40,967 nt of DNA. Source: Reclinomonas americana ATCC 50394. Lineage: Eukaryota. The stretch is taken from contig PS015434.1 of assembly GCA_048213135.1 (NCBI GenBank), positions 6,153 to 47,119 on the forward strand, written 5' to 3'. Under the pieces are notes generated by a model. The model was not told where the DNA came from. It saw only the letters and a list, made by a program, of their open reading frames with translations, and did no database searches. Below are positions 1 to 13,155 of this stretch, in pieces. The stretch's first letter is position 1. Every line of letters begins with the position of its first letter. The translations under genes were made by a program, and so were the position numbers.

Positions 1-3
1 AAC

Positions 4-397
4 TCGCAGACTGTTCTTCTGTCGCACCGGCGACTCATTGTCGACACACGAGAGTGCACTCCAGCACAGATCCTGAATGGTCTCCTGCACTCGAGCAAGT
101 GTCACACACACACAGAGATAGAGACGGACTGCGTCAAGCATGAGAGAGAGAGAGACAGACGAAACTCGTATGGTGAACAGCTCCTCCGCTGTTCCCGCCC
201 GCAAGCGCTGTCCCAGAAACTCGCCGCTCGGCTTCAACATGAACAACTCGTCCCATTCCTCATCGGACAGCTCACCACCCGGCTACCACGCACACATGAG
301 CGCAACAAAGACAACAATGGGAGGAAGCAGAAAAAAAAGGGCGCGCAACTTCAAAGAGCTTCTCGTACAAGGCCACTGACTTTTCTCGACGAATGCC
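4..397 (-). CDS. ARMH3: ARMH3/C10orf76 N-terminal exons (about 350-397, 166-282, 4-84), on the strand opposite to the rest of the gene; start codon not seen
   Basis: Spliced at GT-AG sites these read GIRREKSVALYEKLFE/PGGELSDEEWDELFMLKPSGEFLGQRLRAGTAEELFTIR/ETIQDLCWSALSCVDNESPVRQKNSLR, resembling the ARMH3 N-terminus as I recall it (KEKVVLMYDEIF...FWEELFLMK...PIRVVNALQ). Confidence 0.8.
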
Positions 398-716
398 CTT
401 GGATGCAGAGAGAGGAGGTGTGGGTAATGAGGACGATCCTCCGCCTTGTNNNNNNNNNNNNNNNNNNNNNNNNNNNNNNNNNNNNNNNNNNNNNNNNNNN
501 NNNNNNNNNNNNNNNNNNNNNNNNNNNNNNNNNNNNNNNNNNNNNNNNNNNNNNNNNNNNNNNNNNNNNNNNNNNNNNNNNNNNNNNNNNNNNNNNNNNN
601 NNNNNNNNNNNNNNNNNNNNNNNNNNNNNNNNNNNNNNNNNNNNNNNNNNNNNNNNACGTGGACAACTGCTTCTCCTGTGTCTGTCTGTCTGTGCGTCTC
701 ATGTCCGCGAGGTCAG

Positions 717-3141
717 ACGCTGAGCATTGTGCTCAAGGCCGTCTGTCGACGCAAGTGGCGCAACTTTAGCTTTGATGTGCTGGAACTGGTGTGTGGCTTT
801 GATGGCGCCGATGAGTTTTTTGGCACGCTGCTGCGCAAGTGTCGAGCTGTTCTCGAGTCTATTGGCTTTGGTGTGTCCTTTTATGTGTTTGCACGTCCGT
901 CGGATGCCTGCGTCGTTGTGTTCACACGGTGGTGCAGTCGAGCTGAAGATCGCCGTCATGGAGGTGCTGGTCACGGTGGCCATGGCGCACTCCAATGTCA
1001 ACCTCAATGCGCTGCTCGAGTACTTTGTGTTGCACGATCTCACAGAGCCAATACTAGGGGTGTGTGTTTGTGTGCGTGCCACCTTCTCTTCTCGTCACTG
1101 GCGCTGACGGTTGTGTGCTGCTGACAGCTGCTGTGCGAAGTCAATGACAATCAGCAGGTCGTGCTTGATATTTTCGTGTTTCTCGCCGTGCTGATCAACT
1201 ATCAGCGGCACGAGGCCGCCAACGTATACTTGCGCAAACTCAACGAGCTGAAGAGACCCGAGTACTTTGAGGTGCGTGACCGCTTGTGTGACGGATCGAT
1301 GCCCTTTTGTATTCACGTCGATCACATCAGAGTGTGTGTACCTCGCTGTACGTTCTCCTCTCCACCTGGCATCGAGTGTTTGCCGACTCGTCGCAAGCTC
1401 AGTCGGGCCTCCTCCCCTCGCTGTTCTCCATCTTTTCGGTGGTGGCAGAATCGCTCAACATTCCTCCATTATTCGCGGCCTCCACCAACTCGTCACAGAC
1501 GTTGCGCATGCTTGCATGCACCTGTCATTCTTCATCCTCTCGTCGATCTGTTCAACGCTCTTTGCGCAGATTCTACGTCATTGGCGCCCCCCTGCTGGTG
1601 CTCTTCGAGTTGTGCTGCTCCAACGACGCCTTTCTCACGTTTGTCACCACCGAGATGCCGCGTGTGTGTTTGGCCGTGTACCGCGAACAGTTCACGCAGG
1701 CGGTGGTCCAGGAGGGCGGCCCATCGTCGGCACCACCCTCAACGGCAGCTGCGGGAGAGAGTGCCCCGACTGCCGTGTTTCCGGATGCAGGTTCGTGCAC
1801 TGTTTGTCCTTGTGATTTACGAGTGTGCGTCCAACATCTGCCGACAACAGACTGTTATCTGCCGCCATTCTTGGGCGAGTTTATCATGATCTCCAATGTT
1901 ATTCTTCTCGACAACAAGAGCGAGCGCAATCGCCTCTACTCGAAACTCTGTCTCCTCATCTACCGGTGTCTGTCGGAGAACCTGGCTGCCTGCCGATTCC
2001 TGTTCAGACAACTGTGCATCTGCAGCATCACCACATGCTCGCGAGTTGCGTGTCACACAGTTCAATCGTGGGGTGGAAACAGCTTGGTGGCTCATGTCTC
2101 ACCGAGTACGCACACACCAGGACGGCGAGCGTTTCTACCTCGAGCCGTGGGAATTCTGTGGACGTCCCGTGCAGGCCGTATTACCAGTGTTGGCCGGCTA
2201 CATGCGTAACTTTGCGAAGCGGAACCTGGATGTCGAGATATGGAGGTTTGCCTTCTCTGTGTGTCTCGCCATTCTCCGCGGTGAGCTGACGGAGGAGAGC
2301 AGTGTGTGTACCGACGTTTTCCATCGCCTAGTCTGTTATGCACATGCCAATAAGCACAAGCTGGCGATTGACTGGAAGCTGATGTGGTCGGCGCTGCTGA
2401 GGTGGGTGTCACGCTGAGTCTGCATTGTGTTGCTGGCTGCATGTTGACGCGCAGCTGCACAGCTGCACGCCATTCATCTCCGACGACACAGTCTCGACAC
2501 CGCGTGGAGAACAATTTTTGATGAATGTTGCGCAGGTGGTGGTGCCGCGCGATGTTGTGTCGCCCTTTGACTCACCGAGTCCGATTGCAGTATCTCATGA
2601 CGCTGGAGTTGTGTGTGGTCGGTGGCCAGAAGTTTGTGCCCGACGCCGAGGAGATGGATTTCTTGTTTTTCGAGTTGTTGCGATTGGAGGACGAGGTGCT
2701 TGCCACCATCCACCTGGGTGCGTGTGTGAACCCCGATTGAGTGGCACTGCGAGTTTTTCACGACCTCACGTGCGTGGTACGCATGTGCACAGGGAGGAAA
2801 CTGCGCAGTCGGCTGTGTGAGTTTCGGAATCTGGAGGCTGTGTTTACGCATTTTGGTCCCGTATTACGTGGGCAAGTGTTTCACGAAACCGAAGAGGTCG
2901 GTGTACACTTGTTAAACAACGGTGTGATTCTCTGCACATTCTCATTGTTTGTGTCTGTGCGCAGGCACTCGCGGTGCTCAAGTTGCATGCCGATTCGTTT
3001 ACACCACGAGAGGAAGTAATGGGACTCGTGGACTCGTGGGAGGCCTATCGCCCAGCCGAGGACCTCGCATATTTCGGGCAGCTGTTGGTACACGTCGCAC
3101 GGGAGAACTGGGATGTGCGACAACAAGAGGGCGACAAGTAA
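717..3141 (+). CDS. ARMH3: ARMH3/C10orf76 (DUF1741) armadillo-like helical protein, remaining exons
   Basis: Exon from 717 TLSIVLKAVCRRKWRNFSFDVLELVCGFDGADEFF; later VNLNALLEYFVLH, FLAVLINYQRHEAANVYLRKL, LYSKLCLLIYRCLSEN, KLAIDWKLMWSALL; last exon ALAVLKLHADSF...EGDK with TAA at 3139-3141. Multiple short GT-AG introns. Confidence 0.82.
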
Positions 3142-3307
3142 TTGTAGCAACACAATCTCTCTCACACATATTTCATTACCGGAGGCGGGTGGGGGGGACG
3201 TCCACGCAGTCTACTAAGGGGGCAAACAGAACACATAACATGTGCACGTGCGCGACAGACGCACATGCATACTACGAAGAGGGCTAATTTAGAGGGATGC
3301 GCGTCGC

Positions 3308-6300
3308 TCAACTGTCATCCTCGGCTTCCTCTGCTTCCTGTTCTGCAATAGCTTGCTTGGCCTCGTAGTTGGCTTGTGCTTGTGCCAGCGCATGATGGAA
3401 AAGCGTCTGACTCGCTCCCGGCAGTACCGCACAGAGGCCGCCCAAAAACGCACCCTCGTCTGCAAAAAATCAAATGTCACTTTGTGAGCAAGAAAAACTA
3501 GAGCAGCGAGTGTCGGCACACACACAAATACGCAACGCTCATTGAGCTCCGCAAAGAACATGTGCGCATCGACTTCGTCAAGCGGTGACGTGTACGTGGT
3601 GATGTCGTCAATTTCCTGACCACGCTCATCGACATCCGGATCATCGACACCAAATCGACCCTTGGCTTGAAGCTCGGCGCGCTTCGCCTCGTCAATCTGC
3701 GGTGCAGCAAAATGAGTTGATCGCAGCAGCAACAAGAACAGCTAGCGGCGCGGTATCCACTCACGTCTTGCATGAATCGCTGAATCACGAGCGCATCCTC
3801 CTTCTCCAGGAAAGCGTCGCCAGACTTTACACGCAAGCGCAGCGCAGTTGAGATGGTGGAAGCGGACACACAAAGGGGGAAACGAGCACGCACCTCAGGC
3901 TTCCTTTCGAGTTCATCGTCGAGGTCAATCATGTCGTTCAGGCCGTCATCGTCGTCGTCGCAGGATGGGTTGTTTTCCGCTGTCGTCCCAAACACACACG
4001 TTGTCACAATTCAGCAAGTCGAACAAGCAAGAGAGGCTCCACACATTAAAGCAGACCTTCAACAGCATCCGCCAGTCGTGACAGTGCATCAACCAGCACC
4101 TGCAACACCAGTGCAGCGTTCTCCGTCACCAGTGCCGGCACTCCCGGTTGTTGCATGATCGACAGCAGCGAAATCAGACCGAGGCACGTCATCTTTAGGT
4201 CGTGCGAACTGCCGGTGTTTGAAAAGCACACCAGTGAGTGATTACAATCAGCAGCAGACGGACCAATGTGCGCGACGCACCGAGTCAATTGCGGAATAGC
4301 ATCCATCCATTTGGAGAATGCAGCACCAGTGTGGCCGTGGTGCTCCAGCGACTGCAATGCCAGCGTCGGGTCGTAGTAGAAGCAATCGGCAATCTGCAAC
4401 ACGACCGCGACAGTGAGTCCCACAGGCGAAGGAAACGGCGACAAGTGTGTCACACGCACCACATCGACCAACTGGATGGTGAAGCGCATCTTCTGTGGCG
4501 GCTTGGCCACCAGACGCCTCAACGACATCTCCAGGAACTTGGGTATGCATTCGTCGATCTTGCCTCTGCACACTCGACGAAGTTAGCCATGGAGGCGAAC
4601 ACTTGTACACACACCCCTCCTCCCCCTCTCACTCGAGAGTCACAGCAAGCGCGGCAGGTGTCACGAAGTCTCAGTTCAAAGTTGTCATCAACAAAAAAGA
4701 TTATCAGTGCTTCTTAGAAGGTAAACCATCATAGACTGCGTGCGGCGCTGCAGGACCCAAACAAGAAATCTTCCTCTCCCCCCTCCACCCCATGCAACTC
4801 GCCTGCAGTGATGCAACAGAGCCTCCATCATGATTGCGGCAGCGCGAGGCTCCTTTTCCGACGTATCATTTGTGCTGTCCACGCACTGCACGCAAGTGTC
4901 CCCCCACGGTCAGCCAACAATGTCGACAAGAGTAGACAAGAGTTGCAGACTGAGCGACGAACCAACTCGCACATCTCCATCACCATCGCCAAGTAATTGT
5001 CTTCCGGGGTACCGCGCAAGAACACGTCCACGTCGTGCGACAGGAAGTTCTCAAACACCGGTTCAATCTCTGCGCACCACGCGTGAGAAGAGTGGAGACA
5101 GTGCCCTCTTCTGTGCACTTCACATCTCACCTTGGAAGTAGTCTCGAGCACCTCCAGTGACGAACAGCGCATACAGACGACGCATGAATCCGTACGTCTG
5201 CGGCGAGATCACTTGCGTGACAAACAGGAAACTCGACATGATGCGGCACACTTCGTCCAACGAGTCTGTCAGCAACAAACACAAACGGACGAATGTAAGT
5301 GTCTCGCGCGCGCATGAGAGACGTGGTGTGAGGTATCGTACAACGCACCGAGCTCCGACTCCTCGTCCGCCAACATGAGATTGAAAAAGTGGTACAGATA
5401 CTGTTCCATCTCCAGGTAGATCTCCGGTGACGTCTGCACCGTCTCCAACAGCGTCTGCAGTGTCTTCAGGGTGGCGATGCCGGAGTAAATAATCTCCTGC
5501 GTCGCGTTGCCGTCCTTCATTTCTGCGTGGTAGCCGTAGTACACTTGCAACTGAAAATCACGATCAAGTCAGTCAACAGATGGGGGGGGCGGGATGGGGA
5601 GAACAAGGACACACCAGACGATGCAACAGCTCGGCAGCCAGCGGAGAAATAACTTCGCCAAAGTTGACCACGAGTGCCTCCACTCCCGTCACCAGCTCGT
5701 CACTCTCAAACTCCGACATGAGTTGCAACATCTTCTCCGTCAGCTCCGGCACCAGAGGAGCCAGATGTTCGTTGACTGCTCGACGAAGGAGCGTACATAT
5801 GATGAGCACACGAGTAGTGGGGCGAAAAGGCAATCACACACGTCGCGCCGAAACTCTTATCCTCCTGAATAATCTCACGCATGGTTTGCGCCGCGTACAC
5901 TCGCACCACCAGATCGTTCGAGGTGCACATCGAGTTCCACACACCCTCTGTCAGCTGCAGCAGATTGTTGATGTCATTCCACTCGACCAGTGAAAACTTG
6001 TACACCAGCGCAATCGCCTACCATGGGAAACAGTCAGCTCTCTGCCTCCCTCTCTCTCAACGAGCGAACAAGCATATCACAACGCAACTCGCGCTCGCAG
6101 ATACACCACATCCGACGACAACTCCGGGTACACGTGGGTCATCAAAAAGCCCTCCATGTCGTGCTTGTTGCTCGTCGACATCAACAGCACGCCCAACTCT
6201 TCCACTGCGTACAGCGCCGCCTCCTTGTACAGCGTGTTTCGTTCAGCAGGCGGCTGCGCATTGTACCTGCGGAAATGAACAGGCGGTGAGCCAACACGAC

Positions 6301-8286
6301 ACGGTGAGACACAAAAAAGGAACAAGAACGCAACGAGTCCAAGAACTGCGAGATGAAATCCAACAGCGGGCGCATTGTCGACTTCTTTGGTCGATTGGCC
6401 AACATCGACTCCAGCACCGCACAAGCGGTTTTGCGCACAGACCGCACCTCATTAGCGACATCTGTGTGCACAGCACACGATTTGGTGAGATCGGGGAGGA
6501 ACAAGCACTGAGGCACCAGCACCACAAACCATATTCAATGTGCAAGTAATCGTCGGGGGCCTCACGCCACATGGCCAGTGCCTCGTCGGTGAGCAACACC
6601 AACGGGAGGACGTACTCTGTCATGAATGTCAGGGCGTGTGGCCGGATAATATCCCACGCGTCAGCAAGAGTGATGCTGGGGGAGGGGAAGGAGGCGACGA
6701 TCATGAGTGATGCGCCCTCTCCACATAATGGGGAGAAATGAGAATAGCTACTCACGCGCACTCGAAAAAGGTGCATGCGTGCACCACAATCGGGTCCGAC
6801 ACCGAGCTCGGGTTGTCTCTCCGCAGCTGCAAGATGTGCAAGAATGCCTCCGTGCACGGCGCCGAGCACGACTCCAAGAACCGGGCTGAAAAGAGATTGA
6901 TTCGTACATCCTTGCTCATTGTTGTCATGCGACCATGTCTGTGCGGCACACAAACGCGCAATGATGAGCGATTGACGTCCATTGACACGATACACGTAAC
7001 GTACACACAGACCTGATAAAGTACTGCGACAATGTGTGTGCCGCCGCCCTCTTCATCGTCCATATGATGTGCTCGCTGCACACGTCTGGGTGCGTGTTGC
7101 CCGGGAATGTCGGCGGCGTGAGATACAACACACGGACCAGCAACTCGACCACGGCATTCATAATCTCGAATCTCTCCAAAAAGACCGGCGGCAATTCGCA
7201 CTGGTGGTGGTGGCGCGAGGTTGAGTATCAGTCACCGCGGCAACGATGACAAAGGCATGAGGCACTCACCGTGGTCATGTACTGCACAATCTTCAAGCAC
7301 AGCCACGTGTATGTGGCGCGCGCGGCCACCACCGGCGGCAGGCTCGGTGCGTACTCTGCGCATGTCAACGACTGCGTGAGCTGCCGGAGAAACACTTCCG
7401 CAGCACAGCCACCAACAAACCTTTTCCGTTCAGTTCCGCCTCCAGCTCCGACACGGTGGTCTGCAGGAACCCGCCAAACACCTCAATAGACTCGGCGCAA
7501 TAGGCCACCAGTGGGTGACGCTCATCCTTGCGCTTCTTTCTACAGATTCAAGGGGAAGCAAAGTGAGTGTATGCGGGGGAGGAAGATGGAGTAAAAGAGG
7601 GAGACGACCCACCTGTACACATAGCAGAACTGCTTCGCCAAGAGCAGACCCGCATGCACCTCCTCCGGATCGCTGCTCGCCAACAAGCGCGAGATATCGG
7701 CGAGGAGCGTGGGAATGCCGCTCTTCTTCTGCACCACTTCCACACAGTACAACAGCTGATTCCGCACAATCGGCAGCGCCACGACAGTCGCCGCCACAAT
7801 GTGCTGCAAGAAGTAGTGCTTGTCCTCGTCGTTCAGTGGCGCGTACAACTCCGGAACGCCAGTCCATCTGTGGCCACAGCACAGAGAGAGAGAGGCAGTT
7901 GAGCAAGAGGGAGATGAGGTGGGACACGTGAGAGGGTGAGAGTGGGGAGAGAGCGGAAGAGAGTACGGATCACATTTGAGCTCTTTCACGCACCTGAAGC
8001 GGATGAGGTTCTTCAGTTGCACCGAGGCCGCTTGCCGCACATGCGGCTCATACTGCGCGTCCAGTGACACCTCAAAGAGCACTTGAATGAAGCCAGCCGA
8101 GTTGAACAAGTGCTACCAACACACAAACACAAACAAAAGCGTGTGTCTGCACATGCGCACATGCCCATGCCCACACACCAGACGCTCACTCACCTGCTCC
8201 ACATACTCCGCCGCGCGCTGTCTCTCCGCCGCATCCGCCAGCGCCGAGTACGACAAGTGCAAAAGATGGGCAAGCTCCGCGCTCAT
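3308..8286 (-). CDS. IPO7: Importin-7/8 (RanBP7/SAD2-like) importin-beta family protein, about 20 introns
   Basis: MSAELAHLLHLSYS...ERQRAAEYVEQ; IBN_N motif VRQAASVQLKNLIRF; WTMKRAAAHTLSQYFIR; HVYPELSSDVVYLRAR; LMSEFESDELV; CRGKIDECIPKFL; DCFYYDPTLAL; acidic tail YTSPLDEVD; TGA at 3308-3310. Confidence 0.9.
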
Positions 8287-8388
8287 TCTCACAAAGTGAC
8301 GCAAAGTTGGCAAAGGCCGGCAAAGTTCCGCGGAAAATTCCATGGCCGCAGCGCCAAATTTCGTGTACTTCTTCTTGGCGGGCCCGCA
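8287..8388. promoter_or_regulatory. Probable compact bidirectional promoter between importin-7 and the coiled-coil gene
   Basis: Only 102 bp between divergent ATGs (8286 on -, 8389 on +). Contains four CAAAG at roughly 10-bp spacing, CGCGGAAAA at 8329 and GCGCCAAA at 8351. Confidence 0.5.
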
Positions 8389-11381
8389 ATGAGCGACACC
8401 ATGGCCGCCGTGCGCGAGCTTCGTGCTCAACTAGAAAACGAGCTGCGTCGACAAGAGGCACTGGCACAGGCGATTGACCAAGTCAATCATCTGCGTCGAC
8501 CGACTCCACCAGCATCAGCATCATTACCGCCTCCTCCGCCTCTCGTCGAGTCGCAACAAAAGTCGGTGCACGGTGGAATGTATGCGTCGGTGGTCGCCGA
8601 TCTGTCGCCAATGCCTCCGTCTCCACCACCACCACCACTGTCCTTCCACGCAGGTGCTACAGAGAGAGACAGTGGGAGTGAGCGTCATCATCTCACACGA
8701 GTCGTGTATGCAGATGAGGCGTTTGCGCGGCAGCCGCAGCATTCGTATGTGGAGATTGTGCCAGTGATGGCGTCGTCGCAGCAGCAGCAGGAGCACAATG
8801 ATGATCGTCGGTGGCGGCATCAGCGACCGACGGCGGCGGTGAATGGAGCGTTGGCGGATGAGATGGGCGGTCGACCGCGCGACTGGGAGCACTCGGCGTC
8901 GTCGGTGTCGCGGCGATGGCAGACGTCGTCGGCCTCGTCGGCCTCGTCGGCGTCGAGGAGGCGACGTGCGGGTGAGCGGGCGGAGGAGATGGTGACGCCG
9001 GTGGCGCAGCGCGGCAGTGCGATCAGTTGGCGATCGAGTCGGCAGACGCCGGTGGCAGAGGATCGGTTTGCGGAGGCGTTCTCGAAGCCGTCGCCGCTGG
9101 CGGGTCTCGATTCGCGCTTTGTGGAGCGGCGCAGCAATGGGGTGTCGCACGCGGTGTCGCCGGTTCCGTTCTCCTCGTCGCCGCCCAGACAGCAACCGTC
9201 GCCACCACCGCCACCACCGCCACCACCGCCGCCTGCAGCCGTCCCACCACTTTCGGCTGCGCGGTATCCATCGTCCGCGACCAAGTTGTCGGTGAGCAAT
9301 CTGCCGCCGGCAGCAGTGTCGATCGACAGCAATCGGTTGTGGCAGGAGTGGGCCGACACCAAGGTCGAGTTCTCCGGTCTGAAGGCACTCTACAGAGAGC
9401 TGGCCGGCGCAGTGACGCAGTCCATGGTTCGGCGTGGCCTGCACACACGTGTGTATGTGTGAGTACGCAGTGTTTTTACTTACCGCGCGGTGCAGGAGGC
9501 AATGCGTGGCTTGCGCAATCGGCTCGACGAGATTGTCGATCGCGAGGCGGCTGTGGGCAAGGCAGAGCGAGCGATGGGTGACGAGCAGCATCGCATGGTN
9601 NNNNNNNNNNNNNNNNNNNNNNNNNNNNNNNNNNNNNNNNNNNNNNNNNNNNNNNNNNNNNNNNNNNNNNNNNNNNNNNNNNNNNNNNNNNNNNNNNNNN
9701 NNNNNNNNNNNNNNNNNNNNNNNNNNNNNNNNNNNNNNNNNNNNNNNNNNNNNNNNNNNNNNNNNNNNNNNNNNNNNNNNNNNNNNNNNNNNNNNNNNNN
9801 NNNNNNNNNNNNNNNNNNNNNNNATTGGAACATGAGCGGCTGCAGGCAGAGATCGACGAACTCTTGCTGGAGCGTGAGCAGGCGCAGTCGATGCAGTCGG
9901 CGTTTCGCGAGCAGACTGTGCGCATGCAGAACGCGTTGCAGGAGTCGTCGCGTGACGTTGAGCGCCTGGTGGCGACGGTGAATCGACTGCAGGTGGACTT
10001 GTTGCAGGAGAAGGCTCGCTCACGAGGTATGCTGCTTGTTTGTGCAAGCGCGGTTGTGTCGCCGCGTATTCATTTGTGTGTGCACATCGTGGCAGACGAC
10101 CTGTCATCGCTTCGTCGATCATTCCGGCGACTGGAGGAGATTTCTGCCACTCGTCCTCCGCCGACGCAGCAGCAGTTGCAANNNNNNNNNNNNNNNNNNN
10201 NCAGCAGCAACAGCAACAGTACGACAGCGACAGGTGGCATGATGAGCCTGTCAAACTCTCGTCGCGTTCCGAATCACCGCCCACGCGTGGCTTTGCTCAC
10301 CAGCAGCAGCAGCAGCAGCAGCAGCGTGAACGAGAGACGCATCGACAGGACGCATCCATGCTACCGCACATCAAGGAGGAAGTGCAGGCCACCGCACAAG
10401 AGAGCAAAGAGCTTGCGGCGCAAATCGAGAGCGCCGCCAGCGACATGATGCGTGTGCAGGCGCTGGTGGAGCAGTCGCGAGCCGCAAGTCAGAGGTACGT
10501 GCAGATGTGTTTGGACCAGTAACGCGGAAATTCGCACGCCATCCTCACCTGGTACGTAGGGGATTCTCCACGCTGGACGAGGAATTGCGACTGCTGGAGA
10601 ACAGTCTGCGTCGTGAGGTAAGGGAGTTGCGCGCATCGATTGCCCCATTCTCCGCTCACTCGAGCTGGCGACCTGCAGGTGATGCGAACGCATGGCAGAG
10701 GCGCCGAAGTCGAATCGCTGCAAGAGGAGAACTCGAGGCTGCGAAAGCGCATTGAGCTGCAGTTGCAGAATGCGGCTGAGTTGTCGCGCCGACTGCACAC
10801 CCGTCAGCACAGTGACTCGCCGACAAATGAGGCGGCGGCAGCCGCTGCAGCGAGTGAGGTATGGTGTCGGTCACTCGATCGGCAGAAAGGAAGATTTCTT
10901 CTCTCTGTAACTCACGTGCATGACGCGCGCAGTCGCCGTTGCTGGCGCTGCTGACGGATGTGATGCGCGTGGTGGCCATGGTGTTGGATGAGAAGAAGCC
11001 GGCTGCCGAGCCTTCGCTCTCGTCTCTGTACGAACTCATTGGGTCGGTGCCGAGATCCACACCGCTCTCCAACGAGGTATGCGACACGCGTCGACGCTGC
11101 AACGAACGCGCGCACGTGACTCACAGACGACAAACTGTCTGCAGGCGGAGATTCGACGCTTTGCGGTGACGGCCATTCTCACACCACTCAATCACCTACT
11201 GCTGCGACAGCACGCGCTGGAGCAGCTGGCGAGCCGACCGAGCGGCCCACCTCCGGAACGCACACAGAGGGCAACATCAATCCCACCGCCGGGGAACGGG
11301 CATCCGCGGAGGACGGCCACTGTCGGTGTCAATGACGACGAGTGGACGGTGAATGCGCTCTTTGCGGGCGGGCGGCGATAA
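8389..11381 (+). CDS. Unknown proline/serine-rich coiled-coil protein (multi-exon, spans two gaps)
   Basis: MSDTMAAVRELRAQLENELRRQEALAQAI; first exon of about 1 kb with poly-Pro; heptad-rich exons (EHERLQAEIDELLLEREQAQ, VESLQEENSRLRKRIELQLQ); GT-AG introns; ends DDEWTVNALFAGGRR-TAA. Confidence 0.7.
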
Positions 11382-11479
11382 AGAAAGAATACTGTTGGTT
11401 TTAAAAAGAAAGAGAGAAAATAACCTACAACAACTACAATAGCAGCAAGCACAGTGGCGGGCGGAAACACGCGTGTGTG

Positions 11480-12806
11480 CTACGCGCGCGCAACCCCCAC
11501 CGGGGCAGTCGTGAGTCCAACTCGACGGAATGCCTCGGCAAGGTTGGGCACCTCTGGCGGGGGTGCCGGTAGATCCAGTGGCCTCCGTCCCGCAATGGCG
11601 ATTGCAGATGGCAGACTCGGCAGAGCCTGCGCGCATCGCAGCTCGTGAGTGATCTACAATGAAGAGAAGAGCGGCGGCAAAGGGGCAAACACGGCAACTC
11701 ACCGCCACACTGGGTCCAGCAAACGGAGAACTGAGATGCGCACGTCCCGGCGACAGCGGTGATGTGCGCGGTGAGATCGGCAACACGGCACGGTCGGTGG
11801 TACTCCGGGGTGAAAACGCCGACGGTCGAGCGCCACCGGTAGGCGACGCCGAAGCAGTTGCTGACGGTGGTGGTGGTGGCGGAGGCGGTGGTGGCGGAGC
11901 CGAGTGCATGTACTTTAGTGGGTATGCCGTCATGCCGGGGTCGGTCTCCATGTACACTGGCGTCACGTCGGCAGTGTCGCGCACCGAGGCCGCCGACCGG
12001 TCGTCGAATGCCGACATGGACGAGGCCATCGAGGATGTGGACTCGGCGCGCTGGTACTGGACCGACGATTCCATAAGCAACCGCGCGGCCTCCTCCCTTT
12101 GCGTCTGCAACACGTACGCCTGTGCACGCAGGTCGTCTTGCTCGTGCAACAATCGCTGCACTTGGCCGTTGAGAGTGTTGGCTGTGCAAGCACTCAAAGA
12201 AATCAGCACGGCACACACACACACATAGGCAACCTCAATGCATGACGCACCCTCCACAGCCAGCCGCTCGCGCTGCTCCTCGACCTCGCGCTGTCGCGCC
12301 AACCGTCTCCGCAACTCACTGTCGATCTCCCAGTCGCGCAGCCGGACATTGTTCTGCATGGCCAGCACCCCGCGCTCCAGGAGGAAACACTCGGACGCCA
12401 GCAGTCGCTGCTCGTGCATCACATTGGCGAGTTGCACACGAGCGGCGGGCACACAGTGACACAGACTGGTGAGCGTCGTCTCAAACACGTCAATGATCCA
12501 CCCAGATAGCGGCATCTCCGGCAGCGGTGGACACCGCGGCGAGGGCACTGCGGAAGTGGAGTGAGCGCAGGGAGGCGCTGTGCTGTCTGCAGGCAAGGAT
12601 AGCAATCGCGCACCAGCCGATCGAGACACCCGGCGTCGACGCCACCACACTGGCAGCGCAGTCGCCGGAACCTCAGGCAACGCCGTGTAGCCAGCAGCGG
12701 CAGGAATCGACACGGCCGACTGTAGACGGGTGGCCCGCGACGAGTCTGGGGGCGGCACCTGCAGCAGTACATGCGACGACTCCTCGCGACCTGCACGCTC
12801 GTGCAT
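11480..12806 (-). CDS. Unknown coiled-coil/proline-rich protein; 5' end uncertain and may extend into the gap
   Basis: LANVMHEQRLLASECFLLERGVLAMQNNVRLRDWEIDSELRRRLARQREVEEQRERL; poly-Pro; last exon ALPSLPSAIA...VGVARA with TAG at 11480-11482. Confidence 0.55.
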
Positions 12807-12910
12807 CAACAGGATAAGGGAAGGGCGAGGGTGGGTGGGGGAGAGGGAAGAGAGAGGGACGAGTGGAGAGGGAGGGGGAGAAGGAAGGGAGAGGGAGGGA
12901 GACAGCAACA

Positions 12911-13107
12911 GAAGCTGCTCACACACTCAGCAAAGCAACAGCCGCAAGAATTGCACCGAGAGAGAGGAGAGAGCTCAATCTCGCGCAGAACAGTGTTCAC
13001 ACTAGATTGCACACAGAGAGAGAGAGAGAGGAGAGAGCACGGAAAGCTGCTCAGTCTTGCACAAAACAGAGTTCACACTCTGCAAGGCAACAGCCGCAAT
13101 TGCACAA

Positions 13108-13155
<48 letters not shown>
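12911..13155. repeat. Degenerate short direct repeats ending in an (AG)n microsatellite at the gap edge
   Basis: AAGCTGCTCA, GCAACAGCCGCAA, TTGCAC and GTTCACACT each occur at least twice, interspersed with GA runs; (AG)n about 13108-13155. Confidence 0.7.

Noticed and set aside
1501-1569. Another GTTGCG-type intron in ARMH3
   Set aside because: Plausible, but it is 69 nt, in frame and stop-free, so it cannot be shown from sequence alone. Left out of the donor list.
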